A stretch of 64,000 bases of DNA. Source: Octopus vulgaris (taxonomy: Eukaryota). This document shows positions 14,816 through 29,143 of this stretch, piece by piece (positions within the stretch are counted from its first letter, which is position 1; every line of letters starts with the position of its first letter). Position numbers and translations under genes: made by a program. The stretch is taken from positions 23,560,001 to 23,624,000 of the forward strand of contig OX597832.1 in the NCBI GenBank assembly GCA_951406725.2. Direction: 5' to 3'. The notes beneath the pieces are model-generated. The model was given only the letters and a program-made list of their open reading frames with translations, was not told the DNA's origin and did no database searches.

Positions 14816-16000
14816 TTGCGGTACTTATAACAGGCGTATTTGTCACAATCGCTTCATTGTGTTTTTGAACACATCTCTTAAGTTTTTGTCTGCTTCAGTT
14901 AACCTAAAGCTGTTGTTGATAGTTTGCAGATATATGCAGCTAGCAATCATAGAACTAATAGTTTCCACATACGCTAAATAGATGCGAATAAATTTATTCA
15001 GCATTCTCTTAAGCTTAAGACTATTAAATCTGAAATTAATCACCAGTATTCAGTCCCGTCATTATATTATATTTGAATTTGAGCTGACAGCATCTAATAA
15101 CACAATCCGTTCTTTGAGAAAGTTCAGTCATTAATAACGTGATTTTTTTTCTTTTTATCAAATGATGTAAAGATAATGATTACTAGAATAAGAGATACTT
15201 GCTTTTAACATTTGATCTATTTTATATTTTTATCCATTCATTTCCATTCACTTTAAATAACCTTTCGTTGTTATAATATTTCACAGTATCAGCTAGTATT
15301 GACGCTGCCATCGGACAATTTGGAAAATAGACACTCGTTTGGAAATGAGATTTTAAAGTGTCAATATATGTGAATGTCCAACTTACTGATTAAATGATGA
15401 AATGATAGAATATATACATGTAATAGCTATTATAGACGATAGTAACTTCAAGCTTAAGTGAGCTGCCATCACGTTGATAATAGGACTCAATGTTTGAATT
15501 GTTAGTTACACTTATCCAATGTTATTTTAAACGATCAAAGCAAAGAAACTGTGCAAATGGTTGATCACATCACCAAAGTCAAATATCTATCGTTATTAAA
15601 ACAGATCCGTCCTTTAAAGTTCAAAGTTCACATCTCATGGGTGATACCTTTGTGCTTTATATTTGGTAGAATGAGTCTCAAAATACGGAAATCGATTTAC
15701 TGATATGTTTATGCAGATGTAATCGATTATATCAACCAGGCAAAAAAACACAATATTAGGCGTGTAGTTTGTGAAAAGAGATCGATGCTTTCATAACAAA
15801 AGGCAGAGGATTAAAGGAACGTTAAAACGTGGTACAAAAATTCTTTTGTACTTGTTTATCTATGACTCATTACATTCTGATTTCAAATCCGGCCGAGGTC
15901 ACCTTGGTGTTTCATGCCACTAGCGTCCACAAAATAGAGTGGAGTCAATTCAGTTTGGTAAAATATCCTCGAGAGTTATTTAGCATAAATCTCTTTGGGT

Positions 16001-16242
16001 CTCTTTTATTCTTTTACTCTTTTACTTGTTTCAGTCATTTGACTGCGGCCATGCTGGGGTACCGCCTTTTAGTCGAGCAAATCGACCCCGGGAATTATTC
16101 TTTGTAAGCCTAGTGCTTATTCTATCGGTCTCTTTTGCCAACACGCTAAGTTACGGGGACGTAAACACACCGGCATCGGTTGTCAAGCGATTGTGGGGGG
16201 ACAAACACAGACACACAAACATACACACACACACACACACAC

Positions 16243-16309
<67 letters not shown>

Positions 16310-16486
16310 TATATACATATATACGACGGGCTTCTTTAAGTTTCCGTCTACCAAATCCACTCACAAGGCTTTGGTCGGCCCGAGGCTATAGTAGAAGACA
16401 CGCGCCCAAGGTGCCACGCAGTAGGACTGAACCCGGAACCATGTGGTTGGTAAGCAAGCTACTTACCACACAGCCACACCTGCGCC
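16001..16486 (-). mobile_element. SINE family A, full copy
   Basis: Reverse complement of 49951-50386 with expanded internal (TA)n. Confidence 0.9.
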
Positions 16487-17001
16487 TGTCTAAATAAAGC
16501 ATTTTTATGGGATGAACAGGAAGAAACACTTGGGTATCGGACAAATACGTTCTGGGATAATCAGTTAAGCTACTTCCCGTTGTTAGTTTCAATCCTACTG
16601 GGGTCAGCTTCGCCTGCAGCCCTTCCGCCCTTCCGATTTACTAGCTTCGTGTCTAAATCAAATATGTTAAGTGGGGTTGGCTTAAAGAAACACTAGAGCT
16701 TTAAAAAATGAGTCCTGTGTACTTAGTTATGACTCGTTACGTTTTCAGTACGAATTCTGCCTTCCACCCTTCGGCGATCTGGGCGGTACGTTTGGCGAAT
16801 CGTAAGGTCAATGTTTTTTTTTTATAAATGGGAGAGAGATAAATAGAGAAAGATAGAGAGTAAGAGAAAGCGAGGGAGAGTCCGAGAGAAAGGAAGAGTA
16901 AGAAAGTGGGAAAGTGGGAGAGGAAGGAGAGAGAAACAAAGAGGGTGAACGTGACGATAAGAAAGAGAAAGGAAGCAACAGAAAGGAACAACCACACCCT
17001 C

Positions 17002-17033
17002 ACCCGGGCGTAGAGCGGGTCACTTTAATCTAG
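17002..17033 (+). mobile_element. possible Helitron 3' terminus
   Basis: GC-rich imperfect hairpin ACCCGGGCGTAGAGCGGGT followed about 9 nt later by CTAG|T. No 5' end identified. Confidence 0.4.
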
Positions 17034-17502
17034 TATTAATATATAAATCTTAAGGCAATTTTCTCTCCAAATTCTGAAATTACTTATCACTTTTAGAGCA
17101 TCAAATGAATCGTATGCATTTAGCTGAGGTAAGCCCTGTTCTGAGAGCTCAATACCTACAGAAGTCAACATTATTTGCTAACCTTTACGTATCAATAATA
17201 TGAAGTACCCTTCGTAGTGAGATCAATATGATCAAACGTTTTTTTTTTTGTCTCCAAATTCCAGGCGTTGTGTCTACGTAATGAATCACAAATTTCATTA
17301 CGAAACGCTAAACTTTTTTAAATGATTAGACTTGCATCATTGAAAAGGGAAAAAAATATCCTCTCATTCACTCCATCTAGAGCTCGAATCGAATGTTATT
17401 AAGTTAATAAAAATAATTAGCGCTATTTCTTCAGTATGGATTCGTCTAAGTGACGCCATACTGAATGTATGTATGTACTTACATATATGTGTTTGTGCAT
17501 CT

Positions 17503-17599
<97 letters not shown>

Positions 17600-17963
17600 A
17601 TATATATATATATGAATGCATATACGCATGTGTATAAGTGTATATACAAATATGTATATGTTTATGCACACACACACACATATGTGTATATATATATATG
17701 TGTGTGTGCGTATGTGTATGTGTAAATACATGCATATAGGTACATACACTTATATACAAGCGTATATATATTCATACATATATACATCAAATGCACAAAT
17801 ACATACACCTACACACCCACGCACGGATACATGTGTGTGTATCTATATATAGAGAGAGAGAAAGAGAGAGAGAGAAAGAAAGAAAGAAAGAAAGGGAGAC
17901 AGACTAGCAGATAGATAGATAGATATTACAAAAGTACAAATATATATATATATTCATATACGA

Positions 17964-18000
<37 letters not shown>

Positions 18001-18025
18001 CATGCATATATGTCCATATATGGAC

Positions 18026-18082
<57 letters not shown>

Positions 18083-18821
18083 TATATGGACATATATGCA
18101 TGTATAAGTATCTACATTCATACACGCACATACATATACAAGCACATACACACGCACCTATGTCTATAATGTATATGCCTACGTATGTGCATGTGTTTGT
18201 GGGTATGTCTGTGTTTATGTCTGTGTTTATGTGTGTTTTGTGTGTCCGCGTCCTGTGTATATGTGTGTTTTATACATACATACCTACAACAAGGTGTAAA
18301 CGACTAAGTGGAACAAAATACCTGATAGAAACCGAATCATAAATATTGAATAAATAATTAGACTTCAAAGAAAACTGTGCCGACGATCTTCCAATTAAGA
18401 AATCCGTCGACTAAATTTGATTGAAGAATTTAGAAATGAGAAAGAATCGCTTCGATTCTCCCTACATAGCTGACTCCATTCTGGATATACGAAGCATTAT
18501 CTATAGTCTGCTATTCAGGTGTGTAAATGTCTGCATGTATATATGTATGCATGCATTTATGTATGTGTGTGTGTATGTATGTATGTATGTATGTATGTAT
18601 GTATGTATGTATGTATGTATGTATGTATGTATGTATGTATGCATGTATGTATGTATGTATGCATGTATGCATGTATGTATGTGTATGTATATATGTATGT
18701 ATGTATGCATGTATGTTTGTGTGTGTATGTATGTATGTATGTATGTATGTATGTATGTATGTATGTATGTATGTATGTATGTATGTATGTATGTTTGTAC
18801 GTATGTATTACATATGTATGT

Positions 18822-19101
18822 TTAGATTTGTATGTTTTGTTTTATGCATGTATTCTCATGCATATAGTTGCATGTCTAGATATGCTCATATATATTTATA
18901 TGATAAACTTCTGAAAAGTTTTACAGATTCTTACAGTGCCAGTGATGGATTGGATCTGAAGTCTTCGAATCAGCTTTCTTCTTTTTGGTTTTGAGAAGCT
19001 TAAGTTCTCAAGATTGGTATTCAGGCAGTGTGTTACATATCCCAGTGCCTCACCAATTACAGGTACTAAACCTGAAACTTGTAATCTGGATAGAGTAACT
19101 T
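18822..19101 (-). mobile_element. 3' fragment of an RLE-type (R4/Dong-like) LINE embedded in (TATG)n
   Basis: Minus strand KLLYPDYKF/(frameshift)LVPVIGEALGYVTHCLNTNLENLSFSKPKRRKLIRRLQIQSITGTVRICKTFQKFII* (stop 18896-18898). It resembles the P-V-I-I-G-A-L-G…Q…GT C-terminus of RLE endonuclease domains. Confidence 0.65.
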
Positions 19102-19685
19102 TATGTATGTATGTATGTATGTATGTATGTATGTATTATGTATGTATGTATGTATGTATGTATGTATGTATGTATGTATGTATTATGTATGTATGTATGT
19201 ATGTATGTATGTATGTATGTATGTATGTATGTATGTATGTATGTATGTATGTATGTATGTATGTTTATGTATGTATGTATGTATATATGTATGTATGTAT
19301 GTTTATGTATGTTTAAGTATGTATGTATGTATGTATGTATGTATGTATGTATGCTTTATGTATGTATGTATGTATGTATGTATGTATGTATGTATGTATT
19401 ATGTATGTATGTATGTATGTATGTATGTATGTTTATGTATGTATGTATGTATGTATGTATGTATGTATGTTTATGTATGTATGTATGTATATATGTATGT
19501 ATGTATGTATGTATGTTTAAGTATGTATGTATGTATGTATGTATGTATGTATGTATGCTTTATGTGTGTTCTCTTTCTCTTTTTAATGAATGGTGCAGCC
19601 TGCTCGAGATATTAACGTGCAAGTGACTGAGAACTCCAGTCACGAGTACCATTAACGTAGTTCTTAGGAATATTCAGCCTGATAC

Positions 19686-20191
19686 AGAATGTGACAAAGG
19701 CTGTCTCCTGTGAATTACAGGTACAACTGGAGCCAGGTGAAATAAAGTGTCTTGCTCAAGGACGCAAGGCGCCACCGAGAATCGAACTCACGGCCTTAAT
19801 ATCCTGAACCTAATGTCCTATCAACTAAGCCAATGTGCCTTCAGAGAAACTAAGAAGCATCTGTGGTATACTCATCCAGATAGTATTTTGATTAAGAATG
19901 GTAATATCCATTAAGCAATATAACCGAGAATGTGAGAAAACTGGCCCATTGAATTACGGGTACACTTCATTTTCCCTAGATGAATTAACTGGAGCAAGGT
20001 AAAGTAGAGTGCCTCGCTCAAGGACGCAAGGTGCCGCTGAAAATCGAACTCATGACCTTACGATCTTGAACCGGATACCTAACAACTAAAGCATATGCCT
20101 TCGCATAAAGTAAGAAGTATTTGCGGTATACTCATCCAGATAGTATTTTAATTAAGAATGGTAATATCAGTTAAGCAATATAACGAAGAAT
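19686..20191. repeat. local tandem duplication (about 250-bp unit) containing a decayed SINE head and flank
   Basis: GCTCAAGGACGCAAGG…GGTATACTCATCCAGATAGTATTTT…ATTAAGAATGGTAATATC…TTAAGCAATATAAC occurs twice. Confidence 0.8.
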
Positions 20192-20233
20192 TACCATGTT
20201 GAATTCTTTAATAAGTGTTTCTACAAGCTAACT

Positions 20234-20660
20234 TCATAATCTAACTTCTAAATTCTTGAATTCTTCCATAAATGCCATTCTTTCGCAATTTCTTGAACTA
20301 AACTTTGACTTCCCATCTGTCATTATAAATGTTCCAATTTGGAAACTGTCCAGAAGAACGTTATAAGATTCTGTTTCATGATCTTGGAGAAACATTTCAA
20401 CCAATTTATCAGAACGATCAGGAACCTCAACAAGTTGGTCTTTTGCCATACTCGGCCATCTTGTAATTTATACTATAAACAGAAGAAGACGGTTGGTTTA
20501 TATTTCATTTTCTGCAATAATCTGTTGCAATACACCACTTATATTGTACAGAACAAATGGTTAAATATGATAGATACTTTGGCCATCAAATGTGTAAACT
20601 GTAAGCCAGTTGGAATCGGTAGTGCCGGGGTCTATGAAGGCGCGTATACCCTAATAAGAT
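20234..20660 (-). pseudogene. possible decayed pogo/Tigger-like transposase fragment
   Basis: Minus strand …TRWPSMAKDQLVE…KSKFSSRNCERMAF… weakly recalls the CENP-B HTH motifs (GRWPxLE…FKASxGWCxRF). Interrupted by stops. Confidence 0.25.
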
Positions 20661-20888
20661 GCGCTCTTAATGAGATAACTTAATGAGGGAAAACTGGAAG
20701 GGAAGAAGAATATTTTATGACTCAGCTTTTTTTAAACTTTGGTCATTTCAACATCTCTTTTATTGTGTGAATTGTATAAAATACAAAAATACGAGAAAAT
20801 ATATGCCTATGTTTATGTGTGTGTGTATGTGCGAATTTGTATGCGTGATTGTATGTATGCATGCGTGTCCGTAGCGTGTGTGTGTGTG

Positions 20889-21208
20889 TGGCTCAGTAGT
20901 TAGAGCGACGGGCTCACAAACACGAGGTAGTGACTTCGATTCCCGGACCGAGATGTGTTTGTTGTGTTCTTGAGCAAGACACTTTATTTCACGTTGCTCC
21001 AATTAACTCAGCTGTAGAAAATGAGATGCGACGTCACTGGTGCCAAGCTGTATCGGCCCCTTTGCCATTCCCTTGGGTAACATTAATGGCGTGGAGAGGA
21101 GAAGCTGGTATGCATGGGAAACTGCTGACCAATACATACCCGAGTTTGCGACTTAGAGGAGAATATTCTAGGTGCAATCCCATGGTCCTTCATGTCTGAA
21201 GGAGGCCT
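20889..21208 (+). mobile_element. tRNA-headed SINE family D
   Basis: Head TGGCTCAGTAGTTAGAGCG…TTCGATTCCCGGACCG, then GTGTTCTTGAGCAAGACACTTTATTTCACGTTGCTCC. Related to 42350-42598. Confidence 0.78.
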
Positions 21209-21398
21209 TTATATGTACCACACACAGACACACACACACGTATATATATATATGCGTATATACAATTGTTATGTATATGAAAGTGCATAGTCAGATGGTT
21301 AGGCGTTAAGGTCGTAGAATCGCTACTTATACCAGGTAGTGCGTTATTTCATTGAGCAAGTACATGGTTTCAGTTTTCTTGTCAACGCAGATGAAAAC

Positions 21399-21438
<40 letters not shown>

Positions 21439-21522
21439 TATAATATAAATTAAATAATCTTATGTATTGGCTTAAGTTTTTCATTGTTTGATTTGCCTAA
21501 TAGTGGTTTTGTCTCTAATTTA

Positions 21523-21606
<84 letters not shown>

Positions 21607-21832
21607 TATATATATATATATGGATAAAATAAATTAAATTAAATTAATTGAATGTGAATAAACAGGGGGTACTGATAATGCAGGTTCCATAAACATTCCC
21701 ACACGCACTCTTACCAAACATAGACACATACAGGGATATACGCATGCGCAAATAAAGACATATACAGCAGGAATACAAAATGGCAGATCGTTAGGAAGGA
21801 GAGACACAAAAAAGAAAGACGAAAGCAAGGAA

Positions 21833-21872
21833 CCACTGATGAGGTCACAGATATGTGACGAAAGAACTCTGG
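21833..21872 (+). ncRNA. hammerhead-ribozyme-like motif (type I, CUGAUGA core) in a probable Penelope-like remnant (about 21620-21920)
   Basis: CCA-CTGATGA-G-GTCACA-GATA-TGTGAC-GAAA-GAAC-TC-TGG: 3-bp stem I, perfect 6-bp stem II, minimal stem III. The remnant is bounded by (TA)n on both sides. The downstream part recurs at about 39789-39810. Confidence 0.6.
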
Positions 21873-22115
21873 CCGAAATTACAATTAATATGAAATAAGG
21901 TTGAAGCAAGCGAACACCGAATATATATATATGTATATATATATATATATGTGTGTGTGTGCGTGTATGTATGTATGTATATATATACACATTGAGAGAG
22001 AGGGGGGAGGGAGGCAGATAGGCAGACAGACAGAGAAATAACTATTAACTCAAACGAGTGAAGGAAGAGAAGAAATGCAGTTGAAAACGCACGCATACAC
22101 ACACACACATACACG

Positions 22116-22168
<53 letters not shown>

Positions 22169-22184
22169 GCAGAGAGAGAGAGAG

Positions 22185-22229
<45 letters not shown>

Positions 22230-22867
22230 AGTGTACGTTCAAACACATAAGAGATACCCAGAAAATAGGACATCTGACTTACTAGAAAGAGCAGTTAAAC
22301 TCCAAGCCACTAATTGTTGTAATTCTGAAAGTGAGGAAGATTTTAATTAAATATATATATATATATACGTGTGTGTGTGTCTATTTATGTATGTATGTAT
22401 GTATGTATGTATGTATGTATGTATGTATGTATGTATGTATGTATGTATGTATGTATGTATGTATGTATGTATGTATATATGTATGTATGTGTAATATGGT
22501 TTGCTAGTGTAATGTTATTTTTAAGTGATACAGAGCTGAGCCCACATCAAATGTACTCTCGTTCCCAGAGGCAAGATGAAGTCGAGACAAAGAAATTTAT
22601 ATATGAATGCAGGAGATTGCCAAAATGGAGAAAGCGATCTGCAGACCTCGCAGTACCATCCTAAATTGGATTGTGTTCAAGCTATAAACCATTATTCCAG
22701 ATGTTTCCTTCTGCGTCTTGGCTTCTAGCCCTGCATTACTGCACGGTGCCACACGCGCAGGAATTGACCCGATTGGCCTTTTGCTGCCAAACTCAAAGTT
22801 GCGAAGACGTACGTTGCTTGTCTTTGCTTTAACTGAATAAAACAAAAACACGACACTAAACAGATAT

Positions 22868-22943
<76 letters not shown>

Positions 22944-22955
22944 TTTATATATACA

Positions 22956-23118
22956 CGACGATCTTCTTCCAGTTTCCATCTATCAAATCCACTCACAAGG
23001 CTTTGCTCGGCCCGAGGGTATAGTAGAAGACACTTGTCCAAGGTGCCACGCAGTGGGACTGAACCCGGAATTATGTAGTTGGTAAGCAAGCTACTTGCCA
23101 CACAGCCACCCCTACGCC
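22956..23118 (-). mobile_element. SINE family A, 5' half
   Basis: Matches the head of the full copies. Confidence 0.82.
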
Positions 23119-23330
23119 TACATAATCTACAAAAAATATATGTATATTGCATTTTATGCATAGTAATCAGAGTAACCTTCATAGATTTATTGAATTAGGT
23201 GCATATTTTGCCAGGAAAGGAAAATGTTACTATCGATCTATTTTATTCAGGGTAGGGACTGCCTACTTTGCGTACCTAGGCGGCACGTCCCTGCTACCTA
23301 CCTACCTACCTATCTACAAACATGCATACA

Positions 23331-23364
<34 letters not shown>

Positions 23365-24802
23365 CGTACATACATACATACATACATGCATGCATACATA
23401 CATACATACATACATACATACATACATACATACATACATACATACATACATACATACATGCATACATACCGTGTTGATGTTGAAATTCGAATGAAGGAGC
23501 CTTGGACCCAGGTTAGAAACCGGCTCTTTCTCTATTGGCAAGAAATCTTGAAATAAAACTGAACAATGGCATACAGAAAAGCATGCAAACATACAAACGT
23601 GTATACATATTTCTATTCATACGAATATAAAACAAATACAAACATACAAACATGTATCCACAGCAGCGTGTATATATGCACGTATCAAACCTTAAATATG
23701 TCCATATATACCAATATACATACATACTTGTATCATGCACACACAAAAGCACATATCCTTATATACAAACATGTATACATACTTCCATACATATGAATGT
23801 ACATAAATACAGATTTATTTCCATAGTCATGCAAACATGCGTGCACAGCAGTGCATATATGCACGTATGCAAGCATAAATATGTACATATATATTTATCA
23901 ATATATATACGTACATACATAAATGTATGCACATACGCGTACGCATATCCATACATACTAACATGTATACATATTTTTATACATACGATACAAACATACA
24001 TTGATACAGACATACATAAGATATACATATACATATACGATATATACGATACAGATATATGATATATACGATATATACCATTCAGATAAAAGATATAAAC
24101 GATATATACGATACAGGTATACGATGTATACGATATAGATATACACAGATACAGTCATAATTTCATGCAAACATACAAACATACAGACACCATAGCATAC
24201 ATATATGTATACAGGTATAGATATGCACGTATACAAGCATAGATATCTCCATATATATACCAATATACATACATACAAACATACATGTTTAAATATATTC
24301 ATTCATGCAAAAAAACTATACATGCATGCATACATCCATACATACATACATACATGCGTACATACATACATACATACATACATACATACATACATACATA
24401 CATACATACATACATACATACACGCATCCGTACTTTCATCCAGAATATGCACGCATGCGTACGAACGTGTATTCACCGTCTGAACAAAAAGACACGAACA
24501 TTTTCTTTCTTTTTCTTTAAACGTTAGTCATCTCAATCAAGATTGACTCGGAGCTAGACAACAACAGCAACAAAAGCCGTCGCAACAAAAGCATATAGAA
24601 CACACTTAAATATGAACAGACAATATATTTGTTTAACTATAAATATAAGGCACACGCAACAATAGAACAATGCTCTTCATCGCCTATTTCTTAATAGAGC
24701 AGTCACGAACGCTCTACATTATGGCATCGGTAGTCAGACTGTAAGGTAAGCAGTTCGTCCAACATGCTAATGACACGATTATCTGGGCTCCATGCGTACA
24801 TC

Positions 24803-25221
24803 TCTTTACTCATTACTCTTTTACTTGTTTCAGTCATTTGACTGCCGCCATGCTGGAGCACCGCCTTTAGTCGAGCAAATCGACCCCGGGACTTATTCTT
24901 TTTTTGTAAGCCCAGTATTTATTCTATCGTTCTCTTTTGCCGAACCGCTAAGTGACGGGGACGTAAACACACCAGCATCGGTTGTCAAGCAATGCTAGGG
25001 GGACAAACACAGACACACAAACATATACACACACACACTTATATATATATACATATATACGACAGGCTTCTTTCTGTTTCCGTCTACCAAATCCACTCAC
25101 AAGGCATTGGTCGGCCCGGGGCTATAGCAGAAGACACTTGCCCAAGATGCCATGCAGTGGGACTGAACCCGGAACCATGTGGTTGGTAAGCAAGCTACTT
25201 ACCACACAGCCACTCCTGTGC
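24803..25221 (-). mobile_element. SINE family A, full copy
   Basis: Near-identical reverse complement of 49951-50386. Confidence 0.9.
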
Positions 25222-25362
25222 ATTTATACATAGTATGTCGTTCATGTTCTATATTTTGCTTCTTTTAGTTATTGGATTGCGGTCATGCTGGAGCATCGTC
25301 TTGAAGATTTTGGTTGAAGAAATCAAATCCAGTGCTTATGGTTTGGTTTTTGTTATTTTCTG

Positions 25363-25431
<69 letters not shown>

Positions 25432-25667
25432 GAAGTCTGGTTCGTATTCTATAGCATATCTTTTGCGGAGGTAAACAAATCCACGGTGACTGATGACAAA
25501 CGCAAACAGAATTATATACACATAAACATATATGTATATATAAGATAGATAGATAGATAAATAGATAAACAGGTAGGTAGATAGGTAGGTAGGTAGGTAA
25601 CGGGAAGTTTACGAAAATAGATGGAGTACAAACAAATGTATTAGTATAGCGCTCAGGAATAGAAAAA

Positions 25668-25709
25668 GTATTTTACGTTTCGAGCCTACGCTCTTCTACA
25701 GAAAGATAC
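25668..25709 (-). ncRNA. hammerhead-like motif with variant core (CUGUAGA) in a probable Penelope-like remnant (about 25600-25760)
   Basis: Minus strand GTATCTTT-CTGTAGA-A-GAGC-GTAG-GCTC-GAAAC-GTA-AAATAC. Homologous to 59248-59288. Confidence 0.42.
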
Positions 25710-25829
25710 ACAGAAAAAAACAAGGAGACAAACAAGGAGAGAAAAAAATGCGTGTATAGGTATGTAGGTAGGTAGGTACGTACGTACATGCATACATATG
25801 AGTGTGCATATATATGTGTACACACACAC

Positions 25830-25893
<64 letters not shown>

Positions 25894-25977
25894 GAATGGA
25901 GTTGAACCTGATGTGAATTTGCTACCCAGGTATCGGTTAACCGAATTATCCATAACAAGATAAGTCATTCAACTACT

Positions 25978-26023
<46 letters not shown>

Positions 26024-26229
26024 AGTTGAAGACCGAAATCCTTCAAAAGGATGTCAAACATCCAAGACCAACAAAAATATGCAAAGACCTTTCATAGCCC
26101 AGACGTGAACAAATATTATTTGTTCGTTCCCGTCGGTCAACGTTGACCAAAAACGTCAACACTTACATGCACAAACTCAAGTAAGGTCGTTTTTAATACG
26201 AGCTGTTACCTAAACATGAATGTCTTTTC

Positions 26230-26480
26230 TCTCCACACCAATGAGGTTTTCACAAGAAAGAGTCCACAGACATGGACCGATACGGCTTGGCACTATCTGT
26301 CGCTGCGGTTGTTGCTTTCAGAACGCAACGATCGAGAAGGGATCTCGCCCACAAGGCATCTGGCCCTACCTCCAAGCTGTTCTTGGAGGCGGAGCTGCCC
26401 TGGGCTGGTTGCTTCATTTTTCAGATTGATGTCGAAGTTTTGAACGTAAAGAAAACAATGTGGAATTCTAGATACGCTCT
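26230..26480 (-). mobile_element. decayed RTE-like LINE 3' fragment
   Basis: Minus-strand pieces SRIPHCFLY…FDIN…RTAWR…SRIG resemble the RTE C-terminal motifs (RIPKQLLY…DI…R.AWR…SRIGL). Confidence 0.45.
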
Positions 26481-26630
26481 GATGACAGCCCATTCGCCGC
26501 TTTCTATATCCATCCTTCTCTCTACATCACTATATTTGTATCTATCTATCTTTCTACCAATCTATATTTCTATCTATCTATCTATCTATTTACTTTTCTA
26601 TCTATCTAACTGTTTGTCTGTCTATCTACC

Positions 26631-26858
26631 TATTTCTTTACTACCCACAAGGGGCTAAACACAGAAGGGAGAAACAAGGACAGACAAAGGGATTAAGTCG
26701 ATTACATCGACCCCAGTGCGTGACTGGTACTTAATTTATCGACCCCAAAAGGATGAAAGGCAAAGTCTACCTCGGCGGAATTTGAACTCAGAACGTAACG
26801 GCAGACGAAATACCGCTAAGCATTTCGCCCGGCGTGCTAACGTTTCTGCCAGCTCGCC
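26631..26858 (-). mobile_element. SINE family B, full unit
   Basis: Reverse complement of 37705-37930. Confidence 0.88.
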
Positions 26859-27179
26859 GTCTATCTACCTGCCTGACTATCTGTCTGTCTGTCTATCTAT
26901 CCATCTGTTCATGAATCTACCTCTTTTTCTATCTCTTATCTCTCTCTACAAATCTTTCTATCTGCCTGCCTCTCTGTTTTTCTTTTGCTAATGTGTATCT
27001 TTCAATCTTTAGATCTGTGTCTCTATCTGTCTATATATCTTACTGTCAGTCTTACTGTCTATTTTATCTATCTGTCTGTCTCTTCTTACATAATATCTTT
27101 GTCTATACATCTATTCATCTTCTCTCGGTGGTAAAAGTGAATATTCAGTAAGCGTCCATGCTTGTTTCAGTTATATTCG

Positions 27180-27215
27180 CAACGAATAAGTGAACTTAAA
27201 TTCACTTATTCGTTG
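27180..27215. repeat. perfect 15-bp inverted repeat with 6-nt loop
   Basis: CAACGAATAAGTGAA-CTTAAA-TTCACTTATTCGTTG. Confidence 0.9.
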
Positions 27216-27337
27216 AGATCGGAGAATTTTAAGCTGATAAGTAGGCCTTTATCTGTTTCCGTCATTTCTAATCTTTCTATATATTCATCTCTCTGTCTCT
27301 TTCTTTCTCCCTCACTAACTTACACTTTCTCTTTCTC

Positions 27338-27409
<72 letters not shown>

Positions 27410-27546
27410 TACACACACATATACGCGCAGCATACTCATACTTGATTGAGTTACAAGTAACAACAGATTAATCCGAAAATTTTGATTATTTTCTACACAT
27501 ACGAGCGCGCGCACACATACACACATATATATATATATTTATATAT

Positions 27547-27585
<39 letters not shown>

Positions 27586-27705
27586 CATATATATGCATGT
27601 ATGTACTAATATATATAAATATACATTCATATATACGTACATATATATATATGTATATATATATATACATATATGTATATATATATGTATATATATATGT
27701 ATATA

Positions 27706-27744
<39 letters not shown>

Positions 27745-27762
27745 TCCACTTTGTTATATATG

Positions 27763-27801
<39 letters not shown>

Positions 27802-27815
27802 ACAACTCCACTTTG

Positions 27816-27862
<47 letters not shown>

Positions 27863-28870
27863 TACATATATATTTGTATGAGATGCCATTGACCTCTTCG
27901 TAAATATTGAACAAAGGATTGTCTGAGATAACAATAAAGTAGATTGTCAGTAACCATGCACATCGAAGGATTTTGATATCAAATATTATATTCTCTTATA
28001 CACATACACACACGCACACACACAGAGAACACAATACACACACGCGCGCACACATATGCACACGCACACACTCACTTTATTGACCTACTGGTAGCAACAT
28101 ATTTATCAGAAAACATTGTTTTTCCTGTATTTGAAAAGGAGCATCATTTCCCGAAATGTTATACGATTGATAAATAACTTATAACAGATAACAGAATATC
28201 TTTTCTTTCTACTTTCATTTATTAACATCGCCTTACGTATTTTACCTAATTTCCCATCTGCATTGCTCAAATATTTTCGTAAATATTTATCTCATTAAAA
28301 TAGAACACTTGTACTTTTCTTGATTTTCTCTTCCATTTAAATTGCAAAACTTTTTTTCAAAGATTAACTGAAGCAATCGAGGTTTATATCGTATTATATT
28401 TTTGAGCTATAATTCATTTACTATAGTCACGAGAATTATCAACAAATTTAAAGGAAAAGCGTTGAGCTTAGGTTTCATTTTCTTCACTACTTTTCTTCAT
28501 TTAATTTAGGTTTCAAAATTATTAGGTTCCAACATTGTTAATATTTTGCAACAAATATCATAATTTTAAGGGTATTTTTTCCAAAGCAGTTAAATGGTGG
28601 TTGGGTTCTATCCAGCTCCTATCATCTAAAAAAATGAATTTTACTCAACGTTTCTACCAGAATTGCTTCGACACATTTTTACATTCGCAGTATATCGGTG
28701 AAGTGATATAATTAAGATGTTGTGTAATGAGTAACATCCATCCACAGTATAAGATGCGATTCCTCCGGTGATTGCTTTAAATAAGATTTACGTTAGATCA
28801 TACTGTCATTTCATTCAGGGTAAAATGAAAAATGTCGTTCGCCCCATTTACTATTATATATATACATATG

Positions 28871-28923
<53 letters not shown>

Positions 28924-29063
28924 TAAGTAATAACTAAGAAAGAAAGACCTAAGTAAATGCTTTAATATGTTACAACGATTTGCCTCACCACACACTGATC
29001 TGGCTATTATATATATATACATATATATATATGTATGTATTTTCGTCATAAAAATATATATAC

Positions 29064-29143
<80 letters not shown>

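Noticed and set aside
18286-18323. Possible next GPCR exon on minus (R-YFVPLSRLHLVV)
   Set aside because: The phase fits but the sequence lacks the expected Y-x-A-I-x-x-P motif and TM4.
22597-22835. Minus-strand open frame after a plausible acceptor (VKAKTSNVRLRNF…)
   Set aside because: No clear donor and no recognisable protein motif.
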